NCBI GenBank assembly: GCA_003213455.1
Contig: QCMX01000001.1
Span: forward strand, 1,667-65,666
DNA from: SAR86 cluster bacterium AG-422-P06
GTDB lineage: Bacteria > Pseudomonadota > Gammaproteobacteria > Magnimaribacterales > TMED112
Direction of reading: 5' to 3'
Length of the DNA stretch: 64,000 nucleotides
In this document: positions 18,356 to 26,293 of the stretch, one piece after another
How the letters are laid out: each line of letters opens with the position of its first letter
Position numbering within the stretch: position 1 is the first letter of the stretch
Position numbers and translations under genes: made by a program
The notes under the pieces: model-generated
Seen by the model: only the letters and a program-made list of their open reading frames with translations
Database searches by the model: none
Told to the model about the DNA's origin: nothing

Positions 18356-19434
18356 AGATAGAAGAAATAAAGCTTTCGGTAAAAGATTTATCAGATGGTT
18401 ATGTAGATAAGCTTGAGGAAGGTGTATTAGGGTACTCTGGAAAATTAGACATTAGACCGCCATACCAAAGAGAATTTGTTTACAACGATAAGCAAAGAGA
18501 TGCGGTGATAGATACTATTTGGAATGTATACCCACTAAATGTGATGTATTGGGCAGTAAGAGAAGATGGTGGTTTTGAAATAATTGATGGCCAACAACGG
18601 ACAATATCTATTTGCCAATATATTAATGGCGACTTTTCATTTAATAAACGATACTTTTCTAATTTAGAGAATGATGAAAAAGATAAATTGTTAAATTACG
18701 AATTAACTATTTACTTGTGTAGTGGAACAGATAGCGAAAAGCTTGCGTGGTTTGAAACTATCAATATTGCAGGAGAAGAATTGTATGCTCAAGAGCTCAA
18801 AAATGCTGTTTATCATGGTTCATGGGTTTCAGATGCAAAAAAATATTTCAGTAAAAATGGTTGTCCAGCAAAAGGGTTAGGTGGTGACTACTTAACTGGT
18901 GCAGCGATAAGACAAGACTATCTTGAAACTGCAATTAAATGGATAAGTAAAAACAATATCAAAGACTATATGGCTGAAAATCAACATAACGCTAGTGCTG
19001 TTGATTTATGGAATTACTTTAGTTCGGTTATCTCATGGGTTGAAGCTACATTCAAGACCTACAGAAGAGAAATGAAAGGTATAGACTGGGCATTTCTTTA
19101 TGATGATTTTAAAGATAAAAACTTGAACCCAGATGAGCTTGAAATAGAAATAAAAAAACTTATGCAAGATGACGAAGTCCAGAAGAAAAAAGGTATATAT
19201 GAGTATGTTCTTCGTAGAGATGAGAAATTTTTAAAGCTAAGAACATTCACAGATCAGCAGAAAAGAGAAATGTATGAAAAGCAAGATGGTCTTTGCAATA
19301 TTCGCAAAAAACCATACCCAATAGAAGAGATGGAAGCTGACCATATAACTCCTTGGTCAGAGGGAGGTAGAACAATTGTTGAGAATGGTCAGATGATACA
19401 CAAAGAGGAAAATAGAAGAAAATCAAATAAATAG
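18352..19434 (+). CDS. DUF262 (GmrS/ParB-Srx-like, DGQQR) - HNH nuclease
   Basis: 360 aa. PPYQREFVY (aa 36-44), IIDGQQRT (aa 77-84, DGQQR at nt 18586-18600), and the C-terminal His-Me finger EADHITPWSEGGRTIVENGQMIHKEENRRK. Its start overlaps the methylase stop (ATGA, 18352-18355). Confidence 0.8.
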   Translation: MKIEEIKLSVKDLSDGYVDKLEEGVLGYSGKLDIRPPYQREFVYNDKQRDAVIDTIWNVYPLNVMYWAVREDGGFEIIDGQQRTISICQYINGDFSFNKRYFSNLENDEKDKLLNYELTIYLCSGTDSEKLAWFETINIAGEELYAQELKNAVYHGSWVSDAKKYFSKNGCPAKGLGGDYLTGAAIRQDYLETAIKWISKNNIKDYMAENQHNASAVDLWNYFSSVISWVEATFKTYRREMKGIDWAFLYDDFKDKNLNPDELEIEIKKLMQDDEVQKKKGIYEYVLRRDEKFLKLRTFTDQQKREMYEKQDGLCNIRKKPYPIEEMEADHITPWSEGGRTIVENGQMIHKEENRRKSNK

Positions 19435-19439
19435 ATTTA

Positions 19440-19481
19440 ATAAGGGTGAGGTCGCCGGTTCAAATCCAGCCAGACCCACCA
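19440..19481. repeat. Right 42-bp direct repeat (attR-like), a partial tRNA-Ile 3' copy
   Basis: Perfect copy of 17076-17117. It starts 5 nt after the nuclease stop codon and ends 12 nt before the next ATG. There is no 5' tRNA half upstream, so it is not a second tRNA gene. Confidence 0.9.
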
Positions 19482-19493
19482 TTTGAGATAAGT

Positions 19494-21050
19494 ATGAAAA
19501 ATTTTTCCTTAATTTTTATAAGCTTGCTAAGTCTTTTAGTCTCTCCTCATGATGGCTGGAAAGCAACCAAATTATCCGAAACAATTGCTCACACTCCGTC
19601 AGTGCTTCCAGACAGGGTTGTGCTCACATGGAACGATAATACGGCAACGACCCAGTCAGTCTCTTGGCGAACTGATACTTCTGTGATGAGTGGCTATGCC
19701 CAAATTGGTGTTGCAAATGCGAGTGGTAGATCTATGCAAACAAATGAATTTAAAGCTGTCACAACACTTTTTAGGAGTGATATTAACGATGCGCATTATC
19801 ATAATGTTACTTTTACTGATCTTGAGCCAAATACTATCTATGCTTACCGAGTTGGTGACGGTGAAAATTGGACAGAATATTATCACTTCAAAACTGCAAG
19901 CTTAGAACCTCAACCATTCAGTTTTATTTACTTTGGAGATGCTCAAAACGAAGTAAAAACCCACTGGTCTAGGGTCTTTAGGGAGGCATTTCGTGACGCT
20001 CCCAGAGCAGCATTTACACTGCATGCTGGTGATCTAGTCGATGATCATTATATGGATGCTCAGTGGGGTGAATGGCATCAAGCTCCTGACTGGGTTAATG
20101 GCACAATACCTGTAATAGCAACGCCAGGTAATCACGAATATTTAGACGACTCTCAACGCAAGCGAATATGGACAACTAAAGGTGGTAAAGAAGTAAAAAT
20201 AGATGTTGATGAGTATTCATTACATGCTCCGGGCGTATTCAAACTACTCATAGAAGATGAATTTGAGCAAAGTGGTTCTTTATTAGTACAGGAAAATGGT
20301 CAGATACAGTCGATTGATACTGGCATCGAAACAATTACTGGCTTTTCTCAAGCTGAATTAAAAGGCAAGATAATTTTAGGAGGAGGAGCACCTCTTTACG
20401 ATCGCCTTCAAAATCCAACAGGAATTCCAATTTTAAGTACACATTGGCGCCCACAATTTTCTTTCCCTATTCAAGACGTGCCCAAAGAAAGTTTAAAAGA
20501 AACGGTCTACTTTATTGATTACCAAGGCGTTAGATTTATCTCTTTAGATTCTAATACTGAGCTGGAAGCACAAGTTCCGTGGCTGGAGAAAACTTTGGAG
20601 CAAAATCCAAACCGATGGACAATTCTTACGTTTCATCATCCGATGTATTCGCCTGCTTCTGATCGAGATAATGTAGAGCAAAGAGACCTTTGGAAGCCAT
20701 TGTTTGATAAGTATAAAGTCGACTTAATCTTGAGTGGTCATGACCACACTTATTCCAGAACTGGTCTTGTTGATACGAAGAATTTAAAGAATGTGCCTAC
20801 TGGTTATCAGCAAGCTTATGATCCAGAGATTGGCACGGTTAATGTTGTCTCAGTCAGTGGTCCAAAGATGTATGAAATTACCAAAGGCCAATACGCTAAA
20901 ACTTTTGCTGAAAATAAACAGTTATATCAAATCATCGATATTGATGGTGATAGTCTTCGTTTCAGAGCTTTTACAGCAACTGGCGATTTACACGACGAGT
21001 TTCAACTTCAGAAAAGAACTGATAAACCTAATTTATTGATCGAAAAATAG
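19494..21050 (+). CDS. Secreted metallophosphoesterase with purple-acid-phosphatase-type N-terminal domain
   Basis: 518 aa from the internal ATG. Signal peptide MKNFSLIFISLLSLLVSP. PAP N-domain VLTWNDNTATTQSVSWRT. Metallophosphoesterase motifs GDAQN, GDLVDD, GNHEY, FHHPMYS and GHDHTYSR. The 19446 GTG start in the track would translate the att repeat. Confidence 0.8.
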   Translation: MKNFSLIFISLLSLLVSPHDGWKATKLSETIAHTPSVLPDRVVLTWNDNTATTQSVSWRTDTSVMSGYAQIGVANASGRSMQTNEFKAVTTLFRSDINDAHYHNVTFTDLEPNTIYAYRVGDGENWTEYYHFKTASLEPQPFSFIYFGDAQNEVKTHWSRVFREAFRDAPRAAFTLHAGDLVDDHYMDAQWGEWHQAPDWVNGTIPVIATPGNHEYLDDSQRKRIWTTKGGKEVKIDVDEYSLHAPGVFKLLIEDEFEQSGSLLVQENGQIQSIDTGIETITGFSQAELKGKIILGGGAPLYDRLQNPTGIPILSTHWRPQFSFPIQDVPKESLKETVYFIDYQGVRFISLDSNTELEAQVPWLEKTLEQNPNRWTILTFHHPMYSPASDRDNVEQRDLWKPLFDKYKVDLILSGHDHTYSRTGLVDTKNLKNVPTGYQQAYDPEIGTVNVVSVSGPKMYEITKGQYAKTFAENKQLYQIIDIDGDSLRFRAFTATGDLHDEFQLQKRTDKPNLLIEK

Positions 21051-21085
21051 ATTTCTTTCTTAAACCTTACTATTATTTTAAAAAG

Positions 21086-21165
21086 TGCAAAGGGGAGGCT
21101 TGGCCTGAGATCTTTAATAGGAACCCTTTGAACCTGAACCATATAGTGATGGCGGAGGAATTGCA
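21086..21165 (+). promoter_or_regulatory. TPP (THI-box) riboswitch, translational type
   Basis: tgcaa-AGGGGAGGCttgGCCTGAGA...ACCCTTTGAACCTGA-ACCAT-atagtg-ATGG-CGGAGGAA-ttgca. The conserved CUGAGA (21105-21110) and ACCCUUUGAACCUGA (21123-21137) are present. The P1 helix is tgcaa (21086-21090) paired with ttgca (21161-21165). The SD GGAGGA (21154-21159) and the A of the ATG lie inside the aptamer. Confidence 0.85.
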
Positions 21166-23267
21166 TGAAACACATCATAAAATATCTATATTTATTCGTT
21201 TTAATATTTGCAGCTGAAAACCTTTTTTCAGATGAAATTGAAGAAGTAATTGTTATAGCAGATTACAGAAATACAGAACTCAATAAAGAGGACTCAAGTA
21301 TTTTTGTTCTCGATGCAGAAGAGATTAAAGCTCAACCAATAAAGCATTTTGAAAATCTTTCATATTTAGTGCCCAATTTAAATTTTGCTGCTAGCGATTC
21401 TAGAGCAAGATACTTTCAGATTCGTGGCATTGGTGAAAGATCAGGGTATTTGGGTACCCCAAATACTTCGGTAGGTTTTCTGATTGACGATATTGATTAT
21501 TCTGGACAAGCAGGTATTGCTACTACCTTTGATGTTGAGCAAATAGAAATATTTAATGGTCCACAAGGTTCAAGAATTGGAGCCAATGCACTTGCAGGCC
21601 TTATATATATAAAAACAAAGGACCCCACAGATGAATTTGAAGGCACTTCAGAAATCACCTATGGAAATTACAACACACTGAGCACTGGCTTAGCATTTGG
21701 CGGCCCATTAACTGAAAACAAAAATATTAAATTCAGACTAGCTTTAAGAAAGGATGATACAGATGGATTTAGAGAAAATTTATATTTAAATAGATCTGAT
21801 ACCTCTAGAAAAGATGAGACAACAGCAAGGCTGAAAATCGATTTTGAGCTCGATAATAAAACCAATGCCAAAGTCTTATTGAGCCAAGTTGATATGGATG
21901 ATCCAGCAGATATCTGGACGATTGATGGCTCTTTGAATACGCTTTCCGATCGCCCTGGAATGGACTCTCAGAAGACTGACACATTTGGTTTAAAAGTGAT
22001 AAGAGCTAACAGGTACAACCAGTTTGAAAGTTTAACCAGCACAACTGATACAGACGTAGTTTTTAGTTATGACGCAGATTGGGGTAATACTGATTCACAC
22101 GCACCCTATACGTACGATTATTTTTCTGAGACTTTGAGAGCAAGAGAGTCTTTTAGCCAGGAATTTAGATTTGTTTCCAATGAGAAATATAAAGCAGAAC
22201 GTCTACCTTTTGATTGGGTTGTTGGTGTTTCATACCTAAGGCTTGATGAAACAAATGATCGTCAAGACGACGGTGTTTATGGAGATCCAAATGATCCATT
22301 TTCACCATACATAAGCTTAACCACCTCAAAGAGTGACTATAGCTCAACTAATATTTCTATTTTTGGAAATATTGATTACGAATTCTCTGCTTTTACGAAA
22401 TTAAGTGTAGGTTTAAGAATGGAGGATTGGTCAGCAAAATATTTTGATTCAAATAATGAAAGATTTAGTCCTTCGTACAGCATGATAGGTGGAAAAGTTT
22501 CACTTATACATTCTTTTAAGGATGGCATGAATATTTTTGCTAATTATGCCAAAGGCTATAAGCAAGGTGGCTTTAACGTTGGTCTTGGCTTATTAGATAG
22601 TGCAACTAGTTCTGATTTGGAATATGATCCTGAATTTTTGACTAATTATGAAATAGGTATGGATCTTTCAGTTTCAGACAAGACAGACCTAAGGATTGTT
22701 GGATTTTATTCAGAAAGAACAGATCAACAAGTCTTAATATCTACGCAAGTTGACCCTAATGATCCAAATACTTTTGTTTTCCTTACACAGAATGCAGCAG
22801 AGGGAGAAAACTATGGTCTTGAGTTAAATTTAAACTCAGATTTATCTGATGATTTAGATATTTTTGTAAATTTAGGCTTATTAAACACAGAAATAAAAAG
22901 TTGGAAATCAAGGCCTGAAATTCAAGGCAGAGAACAAGCTCATGCTCCCAGTAACTCTTATTCATTTGGCTTGAATTACAGACCAACACCTGTAACTTAT
23001 TTAAATTTTCATGCTACTGGAAAGAGTGGTTTTTATTATTCCGATTCTCACAACAATAAATCAGATTCATACATCTTATTAAATTCCAGTTTTGGCTATA
23101 ACTATGAAGATTGGGTAGTGGAGTTATGGGTAAGAAATTTATTTGATGAATACTATGCCACTAGAGGTTTTTATTTTGGTAATGAAGCTCCTGATTTTGC
23201 AGACACACTTTATGAAAGGCATGGTGATCCAAGGCATTTTGGGCTTTCAATAAGATATGATTTTTAA
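21165..23267 (+). CDS. TonB-dependent outer-membrane receptor (TPP-riboswitch controlled)
   Basis: 700 aa. Signal peptide, TonB-box-like EIEEVIVIA, plug motif IEIFNGPQGSRIGANALAG, and canonical C-terminal ...SIRYDF. Confidence 0.9.
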   Translation: MKHIIKYLYLFVLIFAAENLFSDEIEEVIVIADYRNTELNKEDSSIFVLDAEEIKAQPIKHFENLSYLVPNLNFAASDSRARYFQIRGIGERSGYLGTPNTSVGFLIDDIDYSGQAGIATTFDVEQIEIFNGPQGSRIGANALAGLIYIKTKDPTDEFEGTSEITYGNYNTLSTGLAFGGPLTENKNIKFRLALRKDDTDGFRENLYLNRSDTSRKDETTARLKIDFELDNKTNAKVLLSQVDMDDPADIWTIDGSLNTLSDRPGMDSQKTDTFGLKVIRANRYNQFESLTSTTDTDVVFSYDADWGNTDSHAPYTYDYFSETLRARESFSQEFRFVSNEKYKAERLPFDWVVGVSYLRLDETNDRQDDGVYGDPNDPFSPYISLTTSKSDYSSTNISIFGNIDYEFSAFTKLSVGLRMEDWSAKYFDSNNERFSPSYSMIGGKVSLIHSFKDGMNIFANYAKGYKQGGFNVGLGLLDSATSSDLEYDPEFLTNYEIGMDLSVSDKTDLRIVGFYSERTDQQVLISTQVDPNDPNTFVFLTQNAAEGENYGLELNLNSDLSDDLDIFVNLGLLNTEIKSWKSRPEIQGREQAHAPSNSYSFGLNYRPTPVTYLNFHATGKSGFYYSDSHNNKSDSYILLNSSFGYNYEDWVVELWVRNLFDEYYATRGFYFGNEAPDFADTLYERHGDPRHFGLSIRYDF

Positions 23268-23838
23268 TTTTCTAACAGAGAATTGGTTTGAAATTGTAGC
23301 TGCACTCTTAGCTATTACATATTTATTGCTTGCGATGCGTCAAGATGCTAGATGTTGGATAGCCTGGATAATAAGCTCGTTAATGTATTTATTTGTAATG
23401 TATTCAGCTGGTCTTTATATGGAAGCAGGGCTACAAATTTTTTATTTATTAATGGGTTTTTATGGGCTATACCAATGGCAATATAAACTCGCAAATAATG
23501 AAGCTTTGAAAATAAAAGTTTGGCCAATAACCACCCACATGATGTGCTTAGCTACTCTTTTTTTATTAGTTTTGACTTCTGGTTATATTCTAAGCAATAA
23601 CACAGATGCAGCTTCACCATACATAGATGCATTTACAACATGGGGAGCAATTATTGCATCATACATGGTGGCGAAGAAGATTCTCGAAAACTGGATCTAT
23701 TGGTTCGTTGTAGATTTTGTTTCTGTATTTCTTTTTGTTTCAAGAGAACTGTATCCAACAGCTCTTCTCTTTTGTTTGTACTTAGTTTTAGTAATTTTTG
23801 GCTACAGATCTTGGAAAAATGAATGGCAACTGAAATGA
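23257..23838 (+). CDS. pnuT: PnuC-family vitamin transporter, predicted thiamine transporter PnuT
   Basis: 193 aa with about 7 TM segments. It has the PnuC-like pattern (W..I.......YL....G.Y...W.Y.......W). It overlaps the receptor gene by 11 nt. The thiamine assignment comes from the riboswitch context. Confidence 0.75.
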   Translation: MIFNFLTENWFEIVAALLAITYLLLAMRQDARCWIAWIISSLMYLFVMYSAGLYMEAGLQIFYLLMGFYGLYQWQYKLANNEALKIKVWPITTHMMCLATLFLLVLTSGYILSNNTDAASPYIDAFTTWGAIIASYMVAKKILENWIYWFVVDFVSVFLFVSRELYPTALLFCLYLVLVIFGYRSWKNEWQLK

Positions 23839-24548
23839 GAAAAATTACTGTTCTAAAAAATATTAAAACCTCAAAGACCGCAAGAATTAATTTATGTAAA
23901 TATGGAGATGTTAAAGCAGTATCTAAAGAAAAAACTATATTTCCTTTCACTAATGATGTGGCTTCAGAAGTTGAGATACATACCAAGTTAGCAAACAAAA
24001 ATTTGTCTCCGAAAATTTTAGATTTTGATACTGCACTTCATTCAATTACTTTTGAGTATTTAGGGGGCAGCAATGATGTTGGTAATTATGATGAACAATT
24101 TTTAACCAAACTAGGAAAAGCAATGAAAAACCTTCATCTAGTGGATTTTCAAGATACTGCTATTGGTTCCTTCCAGCAGAAAATTGATGCTTATAGGCAA
24201 ATCTTTGTAGATTCTGACGATAGTAGAGTTTTAGCTGGTTTTGAGTTGTTTGATAGCCTTTATGACAGCTCCAATAATTTAGTTTTTTGCCATAACGATA
24301 TTAACGCATCTAATATTTTCTACACCAATGATATTAAATTAATAGATTGGGAATACGCTGGGGCAAATTTGCCAATCTATGATATTGCATCGATTATCAA
24401 ATCATTAAAATTAGATGAAGATCAGACTCAAATCCTTCTAGATTCATACGACATAAAACTTGATGTCACCGAAATAAAAAGCTTTGAATTGCTTATATCT
24501 CACGTTGAATATATTTGGCAAACAGCCCTTAATCTTCATATAGACTAA
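23823..24548 (+). CDS. thiK: Choline/thiamine kinase-family phosphotransferase, predicted thiamine kinase
   Basis: 241 aa. Brenner motif FCHNDINASNIF and LIDWEYAG. It overlaps pnuT by 16 nt. Substrate is inferred from operon context. Confidence 0.6.
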   Translation: MATEMRKITVLKNIKTSKTARINLCKYGDVKAVSKEKTIFPFTNDVASEVEIHTKLANKNLSPKILDFDTALHSITFEYLGGSNDVGNYDEQFLTKLGKAMKNLHLVDFQDTAIGSFQQKIDAYRQIFVDSDDSRVLAGFELFDSLYDSSNNLVFCHNDINASNIFYTNDIKLIDWEYAGANLPIYDIASIIKSLKLDEDQTQILLDSYDIKLDVTEIKSFELLISHVEYIWQTALNLHID

Positions 24549-24663
24549 AACATTCTCAAAATTGCTATTTTTTATGTAATTTCATTGATATTTGTATATA
24601 AAATCATTATATTCTTGTTAAATTATTGATAAATAATTACAAAATTGAGGAATTAACATAAAA

Positions 24664-25698
24664 ATGAAGATAGCAATTAATGGTTTCGGTAGAATTGGAA
24701 GAAATATCCTTAGATCTTACTTAGCTAAAGACCAGGTATGGAAAAAATTTAATCAAATAGAAATAGTAGCAATTAATGATTTGGGCTCCCCTAAAGATAG
24801 TGCACATCTTCTCAAATATGATTCTGTTCATGGAAGGTTGAATAATCAAATAGAGCATACAGAAGATTCCATTCAAATTGATGGGCAAAAAATAGCCTGT
24901 TTTTCCGAACGAGATCCAAAAAATTTACCTTGGACTAAATTAGGCATTGATATTGTTTTTGAATGTACTGGTCTATTTACAACAAGAGAAGCAGCTGGTG
25001 CGCATTTAGATGCCGGAGCAAAAAGGGTCTTAATCTCAGCGCCTGGTAAGGGTGTTGATAAAACAGTTGTCTTTGGTGTTAATCATGAAACATTAACAAA
25101 AGATGATTTGATTATCTCTAATGCTTCATGTACTACAAACTGTCTCGCACCATTAGCCAAAGTTATTAATGAGCATTACACAATCACTAACGGTATGGCT
25201 AATACTATCCATGCTTATACTAACGACCAATCTTTATTGGATGTTCATCACTCAGATTTATTAAGAGCAAGAGCAGCAAGCTTATCAATGATCCCTACAA
25301 AAACAGGTGCAGCATCTGCTGTGGGAGAAGTCTTACCAGAATTGCTTGGCAAGTTAGATGGTTTGGCTGTTAGAGTGCCTGTTTCAAATGTCTCTTTACT
25401 AGATTTTACGTTCACTACAGAAAAAACATTTTCAATAGAGGATTTAAACTCAAAACTTGAGGCTGCTACAAAAAATGGTCTTTCAGGAATCCTTGCAGTG
25501 AATGAAATACCGCTTGTAAGCACTGATTTTGGTAATGATCCACATTCTGTTATTTACGATAAATCTCATACAAAACAAATTGGGAACTCAACAAAGATCC
25601 TTGCTTGGTACGATAATGAGTGGGGTTTCTCAAATAGAATGCTTGATGTAGCAAACTATTTAAATCAGATTTCAAATAAAGAATTCAAAGCAGCATAG
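24664..25698 (+). CDS. gap: Glyceraldehyde-3-phosphate dehydrogenase (type I)
   Basis: 344 aa. INGFGRIGRN, active site SNASCTTNCLAP, WYDNEWGFS. Confidence 0.9.
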   Translation: MKIAINGFGRIGRNILRSYLAKDQVWKKFNQIEIVAINDLGSPKDSAHLLKYDSVHGRLNNQIEHTEDSIQIDGQKIACFSERDPKNLPWTKLGIDIVFECTGLFTTREAAGAHLDAGAKRVLISAPGKGVDKTVVFGVNHETLTKDDLIISNASCTTNCLAPLAKVINEHYTITNGMANTIHAYTNDQSLLDVHHSDLLRARAASLSMIPTKTGAASAVGEVLPELLGKLDGLAVRVPVSNVSLLDFTFTTEKTFSIEDLNSKLEAATKNGLSGILAVNEIPLVSTDFGNDPHSVIYDKSHTKQIGNSTKILAWYDNEWGFSNRMLDVANYLNQISNKEFKAA

Positions 25699-25741
25699 CG
25701 CAGCTACTTGAAAAACTGCATTTCATACTTAAAGTTAAGTA

Positions 25742-26239
25742 ATGAGAAACTTATTTTTATTACTTCTTTTATCTATGGGCTTAATAGCTGAAATGTCTGA
25801 AAAACCAGAACAATGGTACGTCGTTACTGATAGAGTTATGGGTGGGTCTTCAAACCTAGAGGCAGACTATAATGATGGCACATTCAAAATGACAGGGAAT
25901 GTCGTTAAAAAAGATGGTGGTTTTGTCAGGCTAGGCCACAGACCAGATGCAATCAAGAAAGATGCCAAAGGCATTAAATTTCAAGCAAGAGGTAATAACG
26001 AAACATATGAAGTGCATCTAACGCTTAAAGGTGTCAAAATGCCGCCATGGTCTTATATGAGCAAAACTTTTGAAGCTACTGAAGACTGGCAGGAATTCAC
26101 AATAAATTTTAATGAATTTGAAAAGAATGGCTACATGATGTCGTCAATGAAACCAAAGAATATAAGAGAATTAAGCATTGCAGGTTTTGGGAGAGACTTC
26201 GATGTAGATTTGGAATTCAAAGACGTACAAATCTTTTAA
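25742..26239 (+). CDS. CIA30-domain protein, secreted
   Basis: 165 aa. Signal peptide. WYVVTDRVMGGSS...F.G.V is typical of bacterial CIA30 (complex I intermediate-associated protein 30-like) domains. Confidence 0.6.
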   Translation: MRNLFLLLLLSMGLIAEMSEKPEQWYVVTDRVMGGSSNLEADYNDGTFKMTGNVVKKDGGFVRLGHRPDAIKKDAKGIKFQARGNNETYEVHLTLKGVKMPPWSYMSKTFEATEDWQEFTINFNEFEKNGYMMSSMKPKNIRELSIAGFGRDFDVDLEFKDVQIF

Positions 26240-26293
26240 TTCTAATCCTTACAACTCCACACAAACTGCTTTAAATAAAGTAGTATACGCTTA

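Noticed and set aside
19446-19493. A GTG-initiated N-terminal extension (MRSPVQIQPDPPFEIS) of the phosphoesterase ORF in the supplied track.
   Set aside because: These codons are the att repeat (the tRNA 3' fragment). A proper signal peptide begins at the ATG at 19494.
25700-25719. A possible terminator hairpin after gap (gcag-12 nt-ctgc).
   Set aside because: It has only a 4-bp stem with an oversized loop and no T-run, so it is not credible.
26240-26293. I looked for a riboswitch, Fur box or other operator upstream of the second TonB receptor, and likewise at 62266-62334 upstream of the third.
   Set aside because: I saw no conserved riboswitch core and no convincing 19-bp Fur-type palindrome, only generic AT-rich sequence.
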